Part shown: one piece after another, positions 27,674 through 37,678 of the stretch
Numbering within the stretch: position 1 is the stretch's first letter
Layout: each line of letters starts with the position of its first letter
DNA from: Myxococcales bacterium
GTDB taxonomy: Bacteria; Myxococcota_A; Polyangia; Fen-1088
Reading direction: 5' to 3'
Assembly: GCA_003142855.1 (NCBI GenBank)
Contig: PLNW01000086.1
Span: forward strand, 5,273-69,272
Length of the DNA: 64,000 nt
Notes under the pieces: generated by a model
What the model was told of the DNA's origin: nothing
Seen by the model: only the letters and a program-made list of their open reading frames with translations
Database searches by the model: none
Program-made: the position numbers and the translations under genes

Positions 27674-28507
27674 CTAATGCGGCGTGGTTGCCGGACTGGC
27701 GCTTGGCGCGCGCGATTCTGATCTCTCCCATGAGTACCCGACGATCATCTTCACAGTGAGCGGGTTGCTTCCCGCCGTGAGTCCTTCGCCGATTCCAGCA
27801 TTGATCTCGACGTGCGACACCGCGAGCAGATTGAAAACCTCAAAGACGTAGTGCTCTTGTTCGCGCCCAGACGCGAAACCAGAGAACGGACCGAGATCCC
27901 CGTAGTACTCGACGCCGACCGAAGCCAACTGGAACAGCTTGAAGACCGCCATGGCAGCGGGCTGAAACCATGGCCCCCGGTGGTAGTCGGGACCCGCGAG
28001 CGCGAGATCGACGATGGGGTTGAACGCAAAGAGCCAGTGCTTGTCCTCGTACGCCGCGATTGGCCGCACCTCCATGCCCCAGCGATTGCGGTCGTAGTGT
28101 TGCGGCAGCAGCGACAGTTCGAAGTTTGCGCCGAAACGCACGCGATCGCTGAACCACGGCGGGGTCACGAATTTCGAGCGCAGCTTGGTGCCCGCGTAGT
28201 CAAAGGTGCCATCTCCGCGCAACGCGGTCTGAAAGTAGCCGCCGATTTCCCACCAGGATAGAAGCCCGAGCGATGGCTCGAGCGTGAAGTGGCTTTGGTG
28301 ATTCGGTGGCAGCTCCGGCCCGTTCGATTCACGCCGGCCGCTTGGCACTGTGTTCGCGTGCAGCTCGATGCCGGGCACGCCGGGCTGGTTCGCTGTGCCA
28401 TCGTAGACCTGGATCTCGAAGGGATCGACCGCACCTGCAGGCCGAGGCAGAGCCACGACCAGGGTCGCAAGCGAAACCGTGGCAACGCACAAGGCCGGTC
28501 TGCACAT
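27674..28507 (-). CDS. Putative outer-membrane beta-barrel protein
   Basis: Signal peptide ..VALPRPAGA, alternating aromatic/hydrophobic strands and aromatic-rich ends. Reminiscent of MetA-pathway/transporter barrels, but the family is not certain. Confidence 0.5.
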   Translation of the reverse strand: MCRPALCVATVSLATLVVALPRPAGAVDPFEIQVYDGTANQPGVPGIELHANTVPSGRRESNGPELPPNHQSHFTLEPSLGLLSWWEIGGYFQTALRGDGTFDYAGTKLRSKFVTPPWFSDRVRFGANFELSLLPQHYDRNRWGMEVRPIAAYEDKHWLFAFNPIVDLALAGPDYHRGPWFQPAAMAVFKLFQLASVGVEYYGDLGPFSGFASGREQEHYVFEVFNLLAVSHVEINAGIGEGLTAGSNPLTVKMIVGYSWERSESRAPSASPATTPH

Positions 28508-28573
28508 GGGACCAGTCTATGCCAGATTGCTCGGATCGAGCCAGGGCAGCCGAAGCATTTGTGGCTTGCAATC

Positions 28574-28595
28574 GAATCTAATTGTCACTAGATTC
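28574..28595 (+). promoter_or_regulatory. Perfect 7-bp inverted repeat, candidate Fur/PerR operator
   Basis: GAATCTA-attgtcac-TAGATTC in the AT-richest patch, about 36 nt upstream of the Fur-family gene start. Confidence 0.4.
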
Positions 28596-28630
28596 CTATC
28601 TCCAAACGACAGGGCAGTTGGGAAACAGGC

Positions 28631-29137
28631 ATGAACGTGGCCAAGGTGGAGATGTCGAGGCGACTCGACGGATTCAAGGCAGCCTGCAGGCAGGCAGGCG
28701 TGAAGCTCACGCACCAACGTCTGGAGATTTTCCGTGAAGTGGCGGCCAGCCTCGATCACCCCGATGCGGAGATGGTCTTCCGTTCGGTCCAGGCCAGGAT
28801 GCCGACGGTCTCGCTCGACACCGTGTACCGAACCTTGTGGCTGCTCAGCGACCTGGGGATTGTCACGCCCCTGGGTCCCCGCCGCGAAAGCGTGCGCTTT
28901 GACGCCAACCTGGCCCAGCACCACCACTACGTATGCATGCGGTGTGGCCTCACGCGTGATATCGAGAGCCCGCTGCTTGATGCCATTCGGATTCCCACCG
29001 CCGTGCGGGATCTCGGCAGCGTGGTCGTCATGCAAGTCGAGGTCCGAGGTCTCTGTGCGACTTGCGCCAAGGCGAAGACTGCGCGGACGCCAGCTAGAAA
29101 AAACCAACACGACCGAAGCGAAAGGAGCCGGACATGA
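28631..29137 (+). CDS. Fur-family transcriptional regulator (PerR-like by context)
   Basis: [29 protein letters not shown] and a C-terminal CATC are Fur-family motifs. ATGA overlap with the catalase gene. Confidence 0.85.
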   Translation: MNVAKVEMSRRLDGFKAACRQAGVKLTHQRLEIFREVAASLDHPDAEMVFRSVQARMPTVSLDTVYRTLWLLSDLGIVTPLGPRRESVRFDANLAQHHHYVCMRCGLTRDIESPLLDAIRIPTAVRDLGSVVVMQVEVRGLCATCAKAKTARTPARKNQHDRSERSRT

Positions 29138-30600
29138 GCGATCAGAAGAAGCTGACCACCAATGCGGGTGCGCCTGTTGTCGATAACCAGAACATCGTGA
29201 CAGCCGGACCTCGCGGGCCGGCGCTGTTGCAGGACGTGTGGTTCCTGGAGAAGCTGGCCCACTTCGATCGCGAGGTGATCCCCGAGCGGCGCATGCACGC
29301 CAAGGGCTCGGGTGCCTACGGCACGTTCACGGTCACCCACGACATTACCAAGTACAGCAAGGCCAAGATCTTTTCGGCCGTCGGCAAGAAGACCGATGTA
29401 TTCGTGCGCTTCTCGACGGTCGCCGGCGAGCGTGGCGCGGCGGACGCCGAGCGCGACCTCCGCGGCTTCGCCATGAAGTTCTACACCGAGGAAGGCAACT
29501 GGGATCTGGTGGGCAACAACACGCCGGTTTTTTTCCTGAGCGACCCGCTCAAGTTCCCGGATCTCAATCACGCCGTGAAGCGCGACCCACGCACCAATCT
29601 GCGCAGCGCGAAGAATAACTGGGACTTCTGGACCTCGCTGCCCGAGGCGCTGCACCAGATCACCATCACCATGAGCGAGCGTGGAATCCCCGCCTCGTAC
29701 CGCCACATGCACGGTTTCGGCAGTCACACCTTCAGCCTGTTCAATGCCAAGAACGAGCGCTTCTGGGTGAAGTTCCACCTGGTCTGCCAGCAGGGCATCA
29801 AGACCCTGACCGACGCCGAGGCCGAGGCGATCGTGGCCAAGGACCGCGAAAGCCATCAGCGCGATCTGTACGGCAGCATCGAGAAGGGCGACTTTCCGCG
29901 TTGGAAGATGTTCATCCAGGTGGTGCCAGAGAAGGACACCGCCAAGTTCCCGTTCAATCCCTTCGACCTGACCAAGGTGTGGCCGCACAAGCACCACCCG
30001 CTCATCGAGGTGGGCGTCATGGAACTCAACCGCAACCCGGAGAACTACTTCGCCGAGGTTGAGCAAGCTGCCTTCAACCCCGCCAACATCGTGCCCGGGA
30101 TCGGCTTCTCGCCGGACAAGATGCTGCAGGGGCGACTGTTCTCGTACGGCGATGCCCAGCGCTACCGCCTAGGCGTGAACCACCAGCACATCCCCGTCAA
30201 TGCACCCCGCTGCCCCGTGCACAGCTTCCATCGCGACGGCGCCATGCGGGTCGACGGCAACCACGGCAGCACGCTGGGCTACGAACCCAACAGCTACGGC
30301 GAGTGGCAGGAGCAGCCCGACCAGCGCGAGCCGCCGCTTGGCCTCGACGGCGCGGCTGACCACTGGAGCCATCGCGAGGATGATGATGACTACTACTCGC
30401 AGCCTCGCGCGTTGTTCCGGGTCATGAGCCCGGCACAGCAGAAGGTGCTCTTCGAGAATACCGCCCGTGCCATGGGCGACGCCCCGAAAGAGATCAAACT
30501 CCGCCACATCGGCAACTGCCTGAAAGCCGACCCAGTCTACGGCGAGGGCGTGGCCAAGGCACTGGGCATTGCCATGAAAGAGTTGCCAGGAGCAAAGTAG
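29134..30600 (+). CDS. Monofunctional haem catalase (small-subunit type)
   Basis: [33 protein letters not shown], and the distal His/Asn and proximal Tyr regions are present. Confidence 0.96.
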   Translation: MSDQKKLTTNAGAPVVDNQNIVTAGPRGPALLQDVWFLEKLAHFDREVIPERRMHAKGSGAYGTFTVTHDITKYSKAKIFSAVGKKTDVFVRFSTVAGERGAADAERDLRGFAMKFYTEEGNWDLVGNNTPVFFLSDPLKFPDLNHAVKRDPRTNLRSAKNNWDFWTSLPEALHQITITMSERGIPASYRHMHGFGSHTFSLFNAKNERFWVKFHLVCQQGIKTLTDAEAEAIVAKDRESHQRDLYGSIEKGDFPRWKMFIQVVPEKDTAKFPFNPFDLTKVWPHKHHPLIEVGVMELNRNPENYFAEVEQAAFNPANIVPGIGFSPDKMLQGRLFSYGDAQRYRLGVNHQHIPVNAPRCPVHSFHRDGAMRVDGNHGSTLGYEPNSYGEWQEQPDQREPPLGLDGAADHWSHREDDDDYYSQPRALFRVMSPAQQKVLFENTARAMGDAPKEIKLRHIGNCLKADPVYGEGVAKALGIAMKELPGAK

Positions 30601-30656
30601 GGCACTTCCGACCAACGTGAAGCATCAGAGGTGTTCGAAGCGGGGAGAGTGGAACC

Positions 30657-31955
30657 ATGAAGAACCTCAAGCGAGCGAGCCTGATGCTGGCCTGGACGGT
30701 GATCGTGTCCGCCGGCTGCACCGAAAAGAAGACCGAGTCCCCGGCAACCGAGGACGAGGATCTCGGTCAACGGATCTTCAATGACCAGAACCTATCCGCC
30801 AATCGCGATCTGTCGTGCGCAACCTGCCACAGTCGCGCCGTGGGCGGCACCGGTCCCAATTCCGACCTGAATCTGCACGGAGCTGTGTATCAAGGATCAG
30901 TCTCGGGTCGTTTCGGCAACCGGAAGCCCCCCTCATCCAGCTACGCTACCTTGTCGCCATGCTTCGACTACTCCGCCGATCTGGGGGTGTTTTTCGGCGG
31001 GAATTTCTGGGATGGGCGGGCTACCGGCTGGAACCTCGGCAGCCCGGCCGCCGAGCAGGCACAGGGTCCGTTCCTCAACCCCGTCGAGCAGGCTGTGCCC
31101 GATAGCACCGAGCTCGTGTCGCGGGTCTGTGGTTCTGACTATGGTGACCTGTTCCGCCAAGTGCACGGAGCGAGCGCGTGCCAGAACGCGGAGCAGGGTT
31201 ACGCTGCGCTGGCCCTCTCCATCGCCGCGTTCGAGGGCTCGAAGGAGATGAACCCCTTCAGCTCGAAATACGACTTGTCTCTGGCGGGAAAGGCGACCCT
31301 CGAGCCGCTGGAGCAACAGGGCCTTGCGCTGTTCAACGACCGCGGCAAGTGCGCCGGTTGCCACGTCGACGATGCCGCCGCCGCCTCGGCCTTCACCGAC
31401 TTCACTTTCGACAACTTGGGAATTCCTCCGAATCCTGAGAATCCATTCTACGGCATGGACAAAATCTTGGTCGATGGGCAAGCCGTCAACCCTCTCGGAT
31501 CCAATTGGGTGGATCCGGGGCTGGGTGGTTTCCTGGCAACGCTGGTCCAGGATTCCGCGTGGAGGGCGTTGCCTCACGTCACGGCGGCCCTGCACGACAT
31601 GCCTGATGCCACAATCACCTCGCTGGTTCAGGACAACCAAGGCAAGCACCGGGTACCGACTCTGCGTAACGTGGACCTGCGCCCCACCGCGGACTTCGTC
31701 AAAGCCTACGGCCACAATGGTTTCTTCAAGAGCCTCAAAGGAATCGTTCACTTCTACAATACCCGCGATACGCTGCCACCCTGCGCTGACTCGGTCACGG
31801 AAACCGAAGCCTTGGCCAGCGGCTGTTGGCCCGCACCGGAAGTGGCCGAGACCGTCAATCACACGGAGCTTGGCAATCTTCAACTGACTTCCGACGAGGA
31901 AGACGCGATCGTGGCATTCCTCGGAACCCTGTCCGACGGTTGGGTCGCGCAATAG
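30657..31955 (+). CDS. Di-haem cytochrome c peroxidase (CCP/MauG family) lipoprotein
   Basis: Lipobox VSAGC, two CxxCH sites (CATCH, CAGCH) and the GHNGFFKSL region. Confidence 0.88.
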   Translation: MKNLKRASLMLAWTVIVSAGCTEKKTESPATEDEDLGQRIFNDQNLSANRDLSCATCHSRAVGGTGPNSDLNLHGAVYQGSVSGRFGNRKPPSSSYATLSPCFDYSADLGVFFGGNFWDGRATGWNLGSPAAEQAQGPFLNPVEQAVPDSTELVSRVCGSDYGDLFRQVHGASACQNAEQGYAALALSIAAFEGSKEMNPFSSKYDLSLAGKATLEPLEQQGLALFNDRGKCAGCHVDDAAAASAFTDFTFDNLGIPPNPENPFYGMDKILVDGQAVNPLGSNWVDPGLGGFLATLVQDSAWRALPHVTAALHDMPDATITSLVQDNQGKHRVPTLRNVDLRPTADFVKAYGHNGFFKSLKGIVHFYNTRDTLPPCADSVTETEALASGCWPAPEVAETVNHTELGNLQLTSDEEDAIVAFLGTLSDGWVAQ

Positions 31956-32023
31956 CACGGGAAATCGTGCGATAGCCTCAGAAGGTCGTAGACGTGGTCG
32001 TGGCCGTGGTCGGAGTGACTTGA

Positions 32024-33304
32024 TCAAAGCTTGAGCAGATCCTCGGTCAAGCCAGCGGCCTGCCCCACGGCAATGAGGGCGTGGGCTCGATCAGCCAGTG
32101 CGTCCAGGTATGCGAGGTGGACATCCGATGCGGTCCTCTGGGCAATCAGGACCTCCACCAACGTGGCGTCCCCGTGCTCGTAGCTGTAGAGGATCTTTTC
32201 CAGCACCGACAACGAATCGGACAGGGTCCCTCGATCATACAGGGCCACCCGCCCCGACGCTGCTTGGAAATGGGCGATGGCTTTGCGCAACTCTGCCTGG
32301 GCGCGAGCGCGGACGGCTTGCAATTGGCTTTGCGTTTGCTGATGCGTGTGGCGTGCCGCCTCTAGCTCTCCTTTGTAGATGCGTGAGAATGGCAGAGGCA
32401 CGCTCACCGAGGCGGACAGCAAGTCGGCGGCTGGCACTCCCTCATCCATGCTCGCCGCAAAGCTGTGCTGCCAGCCCGCGCCGAGCGAGATGTCCACCAC
32501 GCGCTTGGCCTCCTCTGATTTGATCTGCCATTCGGCTCCTTGCACGCGCGTGGCCGCGGCACGAACGTCGGAGCGCTTGTCGATCGCGGCCAACAACTGT
32601 GGCACATTCAGCGCGGGCGGTGCGGATTTGAGATCGCCGACCACATCGAAGGCCGGTTCCACCTCGGGCCCAAGGAGCTCGGCCATGGCCACCTCGGCCG
32701 CGCGCAGCTCGCCCTGCGCGGCCATGACATCAGCTTGAAACTGCTGCGCCTCCACGCGCGACTGCAAGAAATCGACCTGCGCAATGTCCCCGGCTGCCAA
32801 GCGGCGCTCATTGACCGTGACCAAACGCTGCAGGTGCGAAAGCGCGGTTTGCTTCTGCGCCACCACCAAGCGGGCGTAGAGCGCATCGACGAAGGCGTCG
32901 GCCGCCAGGCCACGCAACGTGCGCGTGGCATCCTCGTAGTCGCAGCCAGCGGCGCCCAGGCCGGATTGCGCTACCGCCACACGTGAATGGCGCTTGCCGC
33001 CGAGTTCGATGGGTACGCTCAACTGCGCGCCCGCCATCGAAGGATTGCCCCGGCGAGTGACGTCATATTGGTTCACCCCGATGGTGAGATCCGGGTCGGG
33101 GAAAACCTTGGCCACGTCGATCTGGGCCTTTGCAATGTCGATGCTCGCACGCGCAGCCCGGAGATCGGGGTTGGCCGCCAACACCTGGCGCAGATACTCG
33201 CCGAATTCCAAACCAGGTGCCGCCCCCTTGGCTTCGTCTGCGGCTGCCCCTGGGCCGACAAGCAACAACAGGGCGACAAATCCCGTTCGGGCTCGGGCCA
33301 TCAT
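32024..33304 (-). CDS. Outer membrane efflux protein (TolC/CzcC family)
   Basis: Signal peptide and two OEP-like repeats. Last gene of the RND operon; its start overlaps the RND pump stop. Confidence 0.8.
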   Translation of the reverse strand: MMARARTGFVALLLLVGPGAAADEAKGAAPGLEFGEYLRQVLAANPDLRAARASIDIAKAQIDVAKVFPDPDLTIGVNQYDVTRRGNPSMAGAQLSVPIELGGKRHSRVAVAQSGLGAAGCDYEDATRTLRGLAADAFVDALYARLVVAQKQTALSHLQRLVTVNERRLAAGDIAQVDFLQSRVEAQQFQADVMAAQGELRAAEVAMAELLGPEVEPAFDVVGDLKSAPPALNVPQLLAAIDKRSDVRAAATRVQGAEWQIKSEEAKRVVDISLGAGWQHSFAASMDEGVPAADLLSASVSVPLPFSRIYKGELEAARHTHQQTQSQLQAVRARAQAELRKAIAHFQAASGRVALYDRGTLSDSLSVLEKILYSYEHGDATLVEVLIAQRTASDVHLAYLDALADRAHALIAVGQAAGLTEDLLKL

Positions 33305-36300
33305 TGCTTTCCCTCCTTGCATGGCTGAAAGTGGCGCTCGACCGTGAGATACAGCACGGGCAAGATCGCCAGGGTCAGCAGCGTGGCGCTGACCAGCCCG
33401 CCCACCACGACCGTGGCCAGCGGGCGCTGCACGTCCGAGCCGATGCCGCGGGCCAAGGCCGCTGGCAGCAAGCCCACGGTGGCCACGCCGGCGGTCATGA
33501 GCACGGAGCGCAGTCGTTCGCTGGCCGCGCGCACGACAGCCTGGGGCAAGGGCAAGCCCGAGTCGCGCGCGCGATTGAGCGCCGAAACCATGATCACGCC
33601 GTTCTGCACGGCCACCCCGAACAAGGCGATGAAGCCGACCGCGCTGGAGACGTTGATGGTCATCCCGCGCAGGTGCAGCGCCACCATTCCGCCGAGCAGC
33701 GCCAGGGGAACGCTGATCAAGATCAGCGCCGCATGCCGGAGGGTGCCGAAGGCACCGTAGAGCAGTAAGAAGATCAGCGCCAGCACCATAGGCAGGATCA
33801 CGGCCAGTCGGGCCTGGGCGCGCTGCTGGTTCTCGAACTGCCCGCCCCAGGCAACCTGAAGGTCAGGCGCCGATGAGCGCATGATTTGAGCAACCTTGGG
33901 TTGCGCCTCACTGAGGAAGTTGGACAGATCGCGGCCGCGCAGATCCAGGCGCACCGTCATGTGCCGCCGGTTCATCTCGCGGGTGATGGTGCTCTCCCCG
34001 TCGCGAAGCGCGATGTGTGCCACCTGCGACAGGGGGATGCGCTCGCCATTGGGCGCGGTCAGCATGAGGTTGCCGATACTCTCCGGGCTGCTGCGCGCTT
34101 CGGGCAGAAAGCGCGCGGTCACCTCATAGCGGCGTTCACCTTGGAAGACGTTGCCGATGGACTCGCCGCCCACGCCGATTTCGATGAGGTCGGCGATATC
34201 CGATACGTTGATGCCGAAGCGGGCAGCGGCCGCGCGATCCACCTCGATCTGGAGTTGGGGCAGGGGAGGCTCCTGGTCGACAGTGACGTCGGTGGCTCCC
34301 GGCACCCGTTCCAGGGCAGCGGAAATTTGACCCGCTGCTGTGCGCATTTCGCCGAAGTTGCGGCCGAAGATCTTGACCACCAGCTCACTGTGCGCGCCCG
34401 CAATCTTGTCATTGACCATATCGATGATTGGCTGTGCGAAGCTGACCTTGACCCCGGGAATGGCCTGGTAGCGGCGTTCCAGTTGCGCAATCAGGTCGCG
34501 TTTGCGCATTCCCGAAGGCCATTCGTCATAGGGACGCAGGCCCACGTAGGACTCGATGTGCGAAGATGTCCACGGGTCCATGCCGTCGTCGGTTCGGCCG
34601 AGCTGCGTGACGATGCAGCTCACTTGGGGAAACTCGCGGGTGGCCTGGCGCAACTCATTGGCCATCTCGCTCGCCTTTTGCAGAGAGATGCCCGGCGGCA
34701 GGATCACCTGCAACCAGAGCGAACCTTCATCGAGTTGCGGAAGGAACTCACGGCCGGCGAAAACCGCCAGCACGAAGGCCAGCGCCACGGCGACGCCACC
34801 AGAGATCAGGGCCTGGCGGGGTCGGACGATCAGCCAGCCCAGGCCGCGTTCGTAGTGGCGGCTCAGCCAGGTGAGCCAAGGATTGTGGAAGGTCTTGCGT
34901 GGCTTGGCGAAGGAAAACAGCGCAAGCCCTGGAATCAGAGCGAGCGCCACCAGCACCGCGCCGGTCAGCGCGTAGCCGATGGTGTAGGCCATGGGGGTGA
35001 ACAACTTGCGTTCCACGCGCTGGAACGCGAACAGCGGCAAGTACGCCGTGATGATGATGGCTGTGGCGAAGAACATGGGGCGCGCCACTTGTACGGCCGC
35101 CTCGCGCACGTCGGATTCGGTCAGATATGCCTCGGGGCGCTCCTCGCGGCGCTGCAGGACGTTCTCGAGCACCACGATGGCCCCATTGACCAGGATTCCG
35201 AAATCGATGGCGCCCAAAGACAACAGATTGGCCGGAATGTTGGTCGTGGCCATCAGAACGAACGCGAAGAGCAGCGAAACCGGCACGGTGAGTGCAACGA
35301 TGAGGGCGCTGCGCGCACTGCCCAGGAAGGCCAACAGGATCAAGATGACCAGTCCCATGCCCTCGAGCAAGGTGCGCGAGACGGTGTGAACCGTGGTGCG
35401 CACCAGATCGGTTCGGTCGAGGTAGGGGACAATCTTCACGTCGGGAGGCAAGACGCCGTGATTGAGCGCCTCCACCTTGGCGTGCACGCCCTCGAGCACC
35501 TGCGACGGATTATTCCCGCGCAAGAGCAGGACAATGCCGGTCACCACGTCGGGCAGCTGATCCTTGCCGGCTATCCCTTTTCGGGTCAGCACGCCGAACT
35601 GCGGCCGGCCCAGATCCTTGAGAAACACCGGCGTGCCTCGCACCGAGGTGACCACGATATTGCCCAGATCCTCGGGCGAGCGAATCAAGCCGATGCCGCG
35701 GATGACTGCCGCCTGCTCGCCTCGGACGAGCAAGCTGCCGCCCGCATTGGCGTTGTTCGCCTTGATGGTTCCGATGACCTGCTGGAGCGACAGGTTGTAT
35801 TGCGCCAGCTTCGAGGGATCGAGGGCGAGCTGGAACTCGGTGGTCTCGCCGCCGAAAGTGCTGACATCCGCGAGACCCGGCACCTGCTTGAGCGCGGGGA
35901 TGACCACCCACTGTTGCATCTCCGTCAGCTCACGCACGGTGCGAGTGCCGGACTCGAGGGTGTAGCGGTAGATCTCACCTACCGCGGAGGTCAGCGGGTC
36001 CAGTGTGGGGCTGACACCATCGGGCAGGGTCGCGCTCGCGATGCGTTCGCGGATGCGAGTGCGGGCGAAGTAGTCGTCCACGCCATCGCGAAACACCAGG
36101 GTGATGAGCGAGAGACCAAAGGTGCTGCGCGAGCGCATGACTTGCAAACCGGGAATGCCGTTCAGCTCGCGCTCCAGCGGAACCGTGATTTGCTCCTCCA
36201 CCTCCTCGGCGGCATGGCCTGGATGCTGGGCGATCACCTGCGCCGTGGTGTCGGTGATGTCGGGGTAGGCCTCGATGGCCAAGGTGGTGAACGAGTAGTA

Positions 36301-36381
36301 CCCGAAGATGCAGAACAGAATGAAGACGGCCACTGCCAGCCAGCGCTTGCGCAGGCAAGCGGCCACGAATCGTTCGATCAT
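33301..36381 (-). CDS. Heavy-metal efflux RND pump (CusA/CzcA family)
   Basis: 1026 aa; MIERFVAACLRKRWL..AIEAYPDITD N-terminus and HME-RND layout. Confidence 0.93.
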   Translation of the reverse strand: MIERFVAACLRKRWLAVAVFILFCIFGYYSFTTLAIEAYPDITDTTAQVIAQHPGHAAEEVEEQITVPLERELNGIPGLQVMRSRSTFGLSLITLVFRDGVDDYFARTRIRERIASATLPDGVSPTLDPLTSAVGEIYRYTLESGTRTVRELTEMQQWVVIPALKQVPGLADVSTFGGETTEFQLALDPSKLAQYNLSLQQVIGTIKANNANAGGSLLVRGEQAAVIRGIGLIRSPEDLGNIVVTSVRGTPVFLKDLGRPQFGVLTRKGIAGKDQLPDVVTGIVLLLRGNNPSQVLEGVHAKVEALNHGVLPPDVKIVPYLDRTDLVRTTVHTVSRTLLEGMGLVILILLAFLGSARSALIVALTVPVSLLFAFVLMATTNIPANLLSLGAIDFGILVNGAIVVLENVLQRREERPEAYLTESDVREAAVQVARPMFFATAIIITAYLPLFAFQRVERKLFTPMAYTIGYALTGAVLVALALIPGLALFSFAKPRKTFHNPWLTWLSRHYERGLGWLIVRPRQALISGGVAVALAFVLAVFAGREFLPQLDEGSLWLQVILPPGISLQKASEMANELRQATREFPQVSCIVTQLGRTDDGMDPWTSSHIESYVGLRPYDEWPSGMRKRDLIAQLERRYQAIPGVKVSFAQPIIDMVNDKIAGAHSELVVKIFGRNFGEMRTAAGQISAALERVPGATDVTVDQEPPLPQLQIEVDRAAAARFGINVSDIADLIEIGVGGESIGNVFQGERRYEVTARFLPEARSSPESIGNLMLTAPNGERIPLSQVAHIALRDGESTITREMNRRHMTVRLDLRGRDLSNFLSEAQPKVAQIMRSSAPDLQVAWGGQFENQQRAQARLAVILPMVLALIFLLLYGAFGTLRHAALILISVPLALLGGMVALHLRGMTINVSSAVGFIALFGVAVQNGVIMVSALNRARDSGLPLPQAVVRAASERLRSVLMTAGVATVGLLPAALARGIGSDVQRPLATVVVGGLVSATLLTLAILPVLYLTVERHFQPCKEGKQ

Positions 36382-37502
36382 GGAAACACGATGGTGTTGG
36401 CGGTCACGATGCGCTCACCGGCTGCCAAACCGCGCACGATGCAGGTTCCCTCGGGCAGAGCGTCGCCAACCTCAACAGCCCGACGCTCGAACGTCCAGGG
36501 CGCCTTCTCGACGAAAAGGTAACTCTTGTCCGCGCGGACCACGAGCGCCGCAGGCGGCACCAACAACTCGGGTGATTCCTTACCCCGCAGGGTCACGCGC
36601 GCAAACATGCCCGGCTTGAGGCGGCCACGCGGATTCTCCAGTTCGATGCGCACCTTCACGCTGCGAGTTTCCGGGGCCAGCACCTCGCCGATGAACTGCA
36701 CTTGGCCGTGCAATCGCTCTCCTGGATAGGCGGAGAAGTCGATCAGCGCTTCATCTCCGATGGAGACGCGCTGGATGTCCTTCTCGGGAACATTGGCCGT
36801 GACCCAAATGGTCGACAAATCGGCCACCGTCATCAGCACCGCAGCTGGGTCGTTCTGGTATTCGCCCGAGGTGGTGGCCAGGTCGATGATGCGGCCCGAA
36901 ACCGGAGCCCTGACCTGCAGCGGCCTGCCGACCTGGCCGAGATCCATTCCTAGCAGGCGCAGCCGAGTACCCGCGCGCTCCAACTCGCTGTGCGCCAAGT
37001 CGCGTTCGGTTTCCGCCTGTTCAAGCTCCCGCTTGGCTCCGATGCCGTGCTCAACCAGATCCTTCTGGCGCGCGACCGCGCGGTTGGCTTGCGCCTCGGC
37101 CGAGCGCGCCTTGAGATAGTCGGTCTGCGCCGCCACCAGATCCGGCGAATCGAGCGTAAAAAGCGGCGCACCTTGCTTCACCGCCTCGCCCAGGCGCACC
37201 AGCAGCTTGACTACGCGACCGGGCAAAGGCGGTGAGATTTTGGCCATCTTGGCGGGATCGGCCTCGGCAGTGGCTGGCACGTTCAGTTCGTGGTGCACCG
37301 GCCTGGACGCGATCGCCTCGACCTTGACCCGCGTGCGCATGGGAGAGCCATCGGGGATGACCAACCCTTGCGGCAGGTCTTGCACTGGCTGCGGCAAATC
37401 GCCGTCGGACGAGGCGCCGGCTTTGCGGCCACACCCACTGCTGAGAGCAGGCAACATCGACATGATGAAGATGCCAGCGAAATGGCGATGATGCGCGGAC
37501 AT
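36378..37502 (-). CDS. RND periplasmic adaptor (CzcB/CusB, HlyD family)
   Basis: Lipobox LSSGC, barrel-sandwich and coiled-coil hairpin regions, and ATGA overlap with the pump gene. Confidence 0.85.
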   Translation of the reverse strand: MSAHHRHFAGIFIMSMLPALSSGCGRKAGASSDGDLPQPVQDLPQGLVIPDGSPMRTRVKVEAIASRPVHHELNVPATAEADPAKMAKISPPLPGRVVKLLVRLGEAVKQGAPLFTLDSPDLVAAQTDYLKARSAEAQANRAVARQKDLVEHGIGAKRELEQAETERDLAHSELERAGTRLRLLGMDLGQVGRPLQVRAPVSGRIIDLATTSGEYQNDPAAVLMTVADLSTIWVTANVPEKDIQRVSIGDEALIDFSAYPGERLHGQVQFIGEVLAPETRSVKVRIELENPRGRLKPGMFARVTLRGKESPELLVPPAALVVRADKSYLFVEKAPWTFERRAVEVGDALPEGTCIVRGLAAGERIVTANTIVFP

Positions 37503-37678
37503 GGAATCACATCTCCTGATACTAGGACTAGGTCATTCGAACGGTCCCTAAACTAGCAGGCGAGCACCCCACACGCCCATTTCCTGCGCCGAGCCTGTGG
37601 CGGCAACCTTGGTGCAACCCGCAAAGCCCGGGGGTGTGGTCGGGGAACGCGAGAACGCACGGGGCGGTGCCCCGTCAT

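Noticed and set aside
33886-36522. 878-aa plus-strand ORF across the RND pump region.
   Set aside because: It is a shadow ORF antisense to czcA-like 33301..36381. Its composition (R/G/H/D/Q-rich) is typical of high-GC antisense frames, and it has no motifs.
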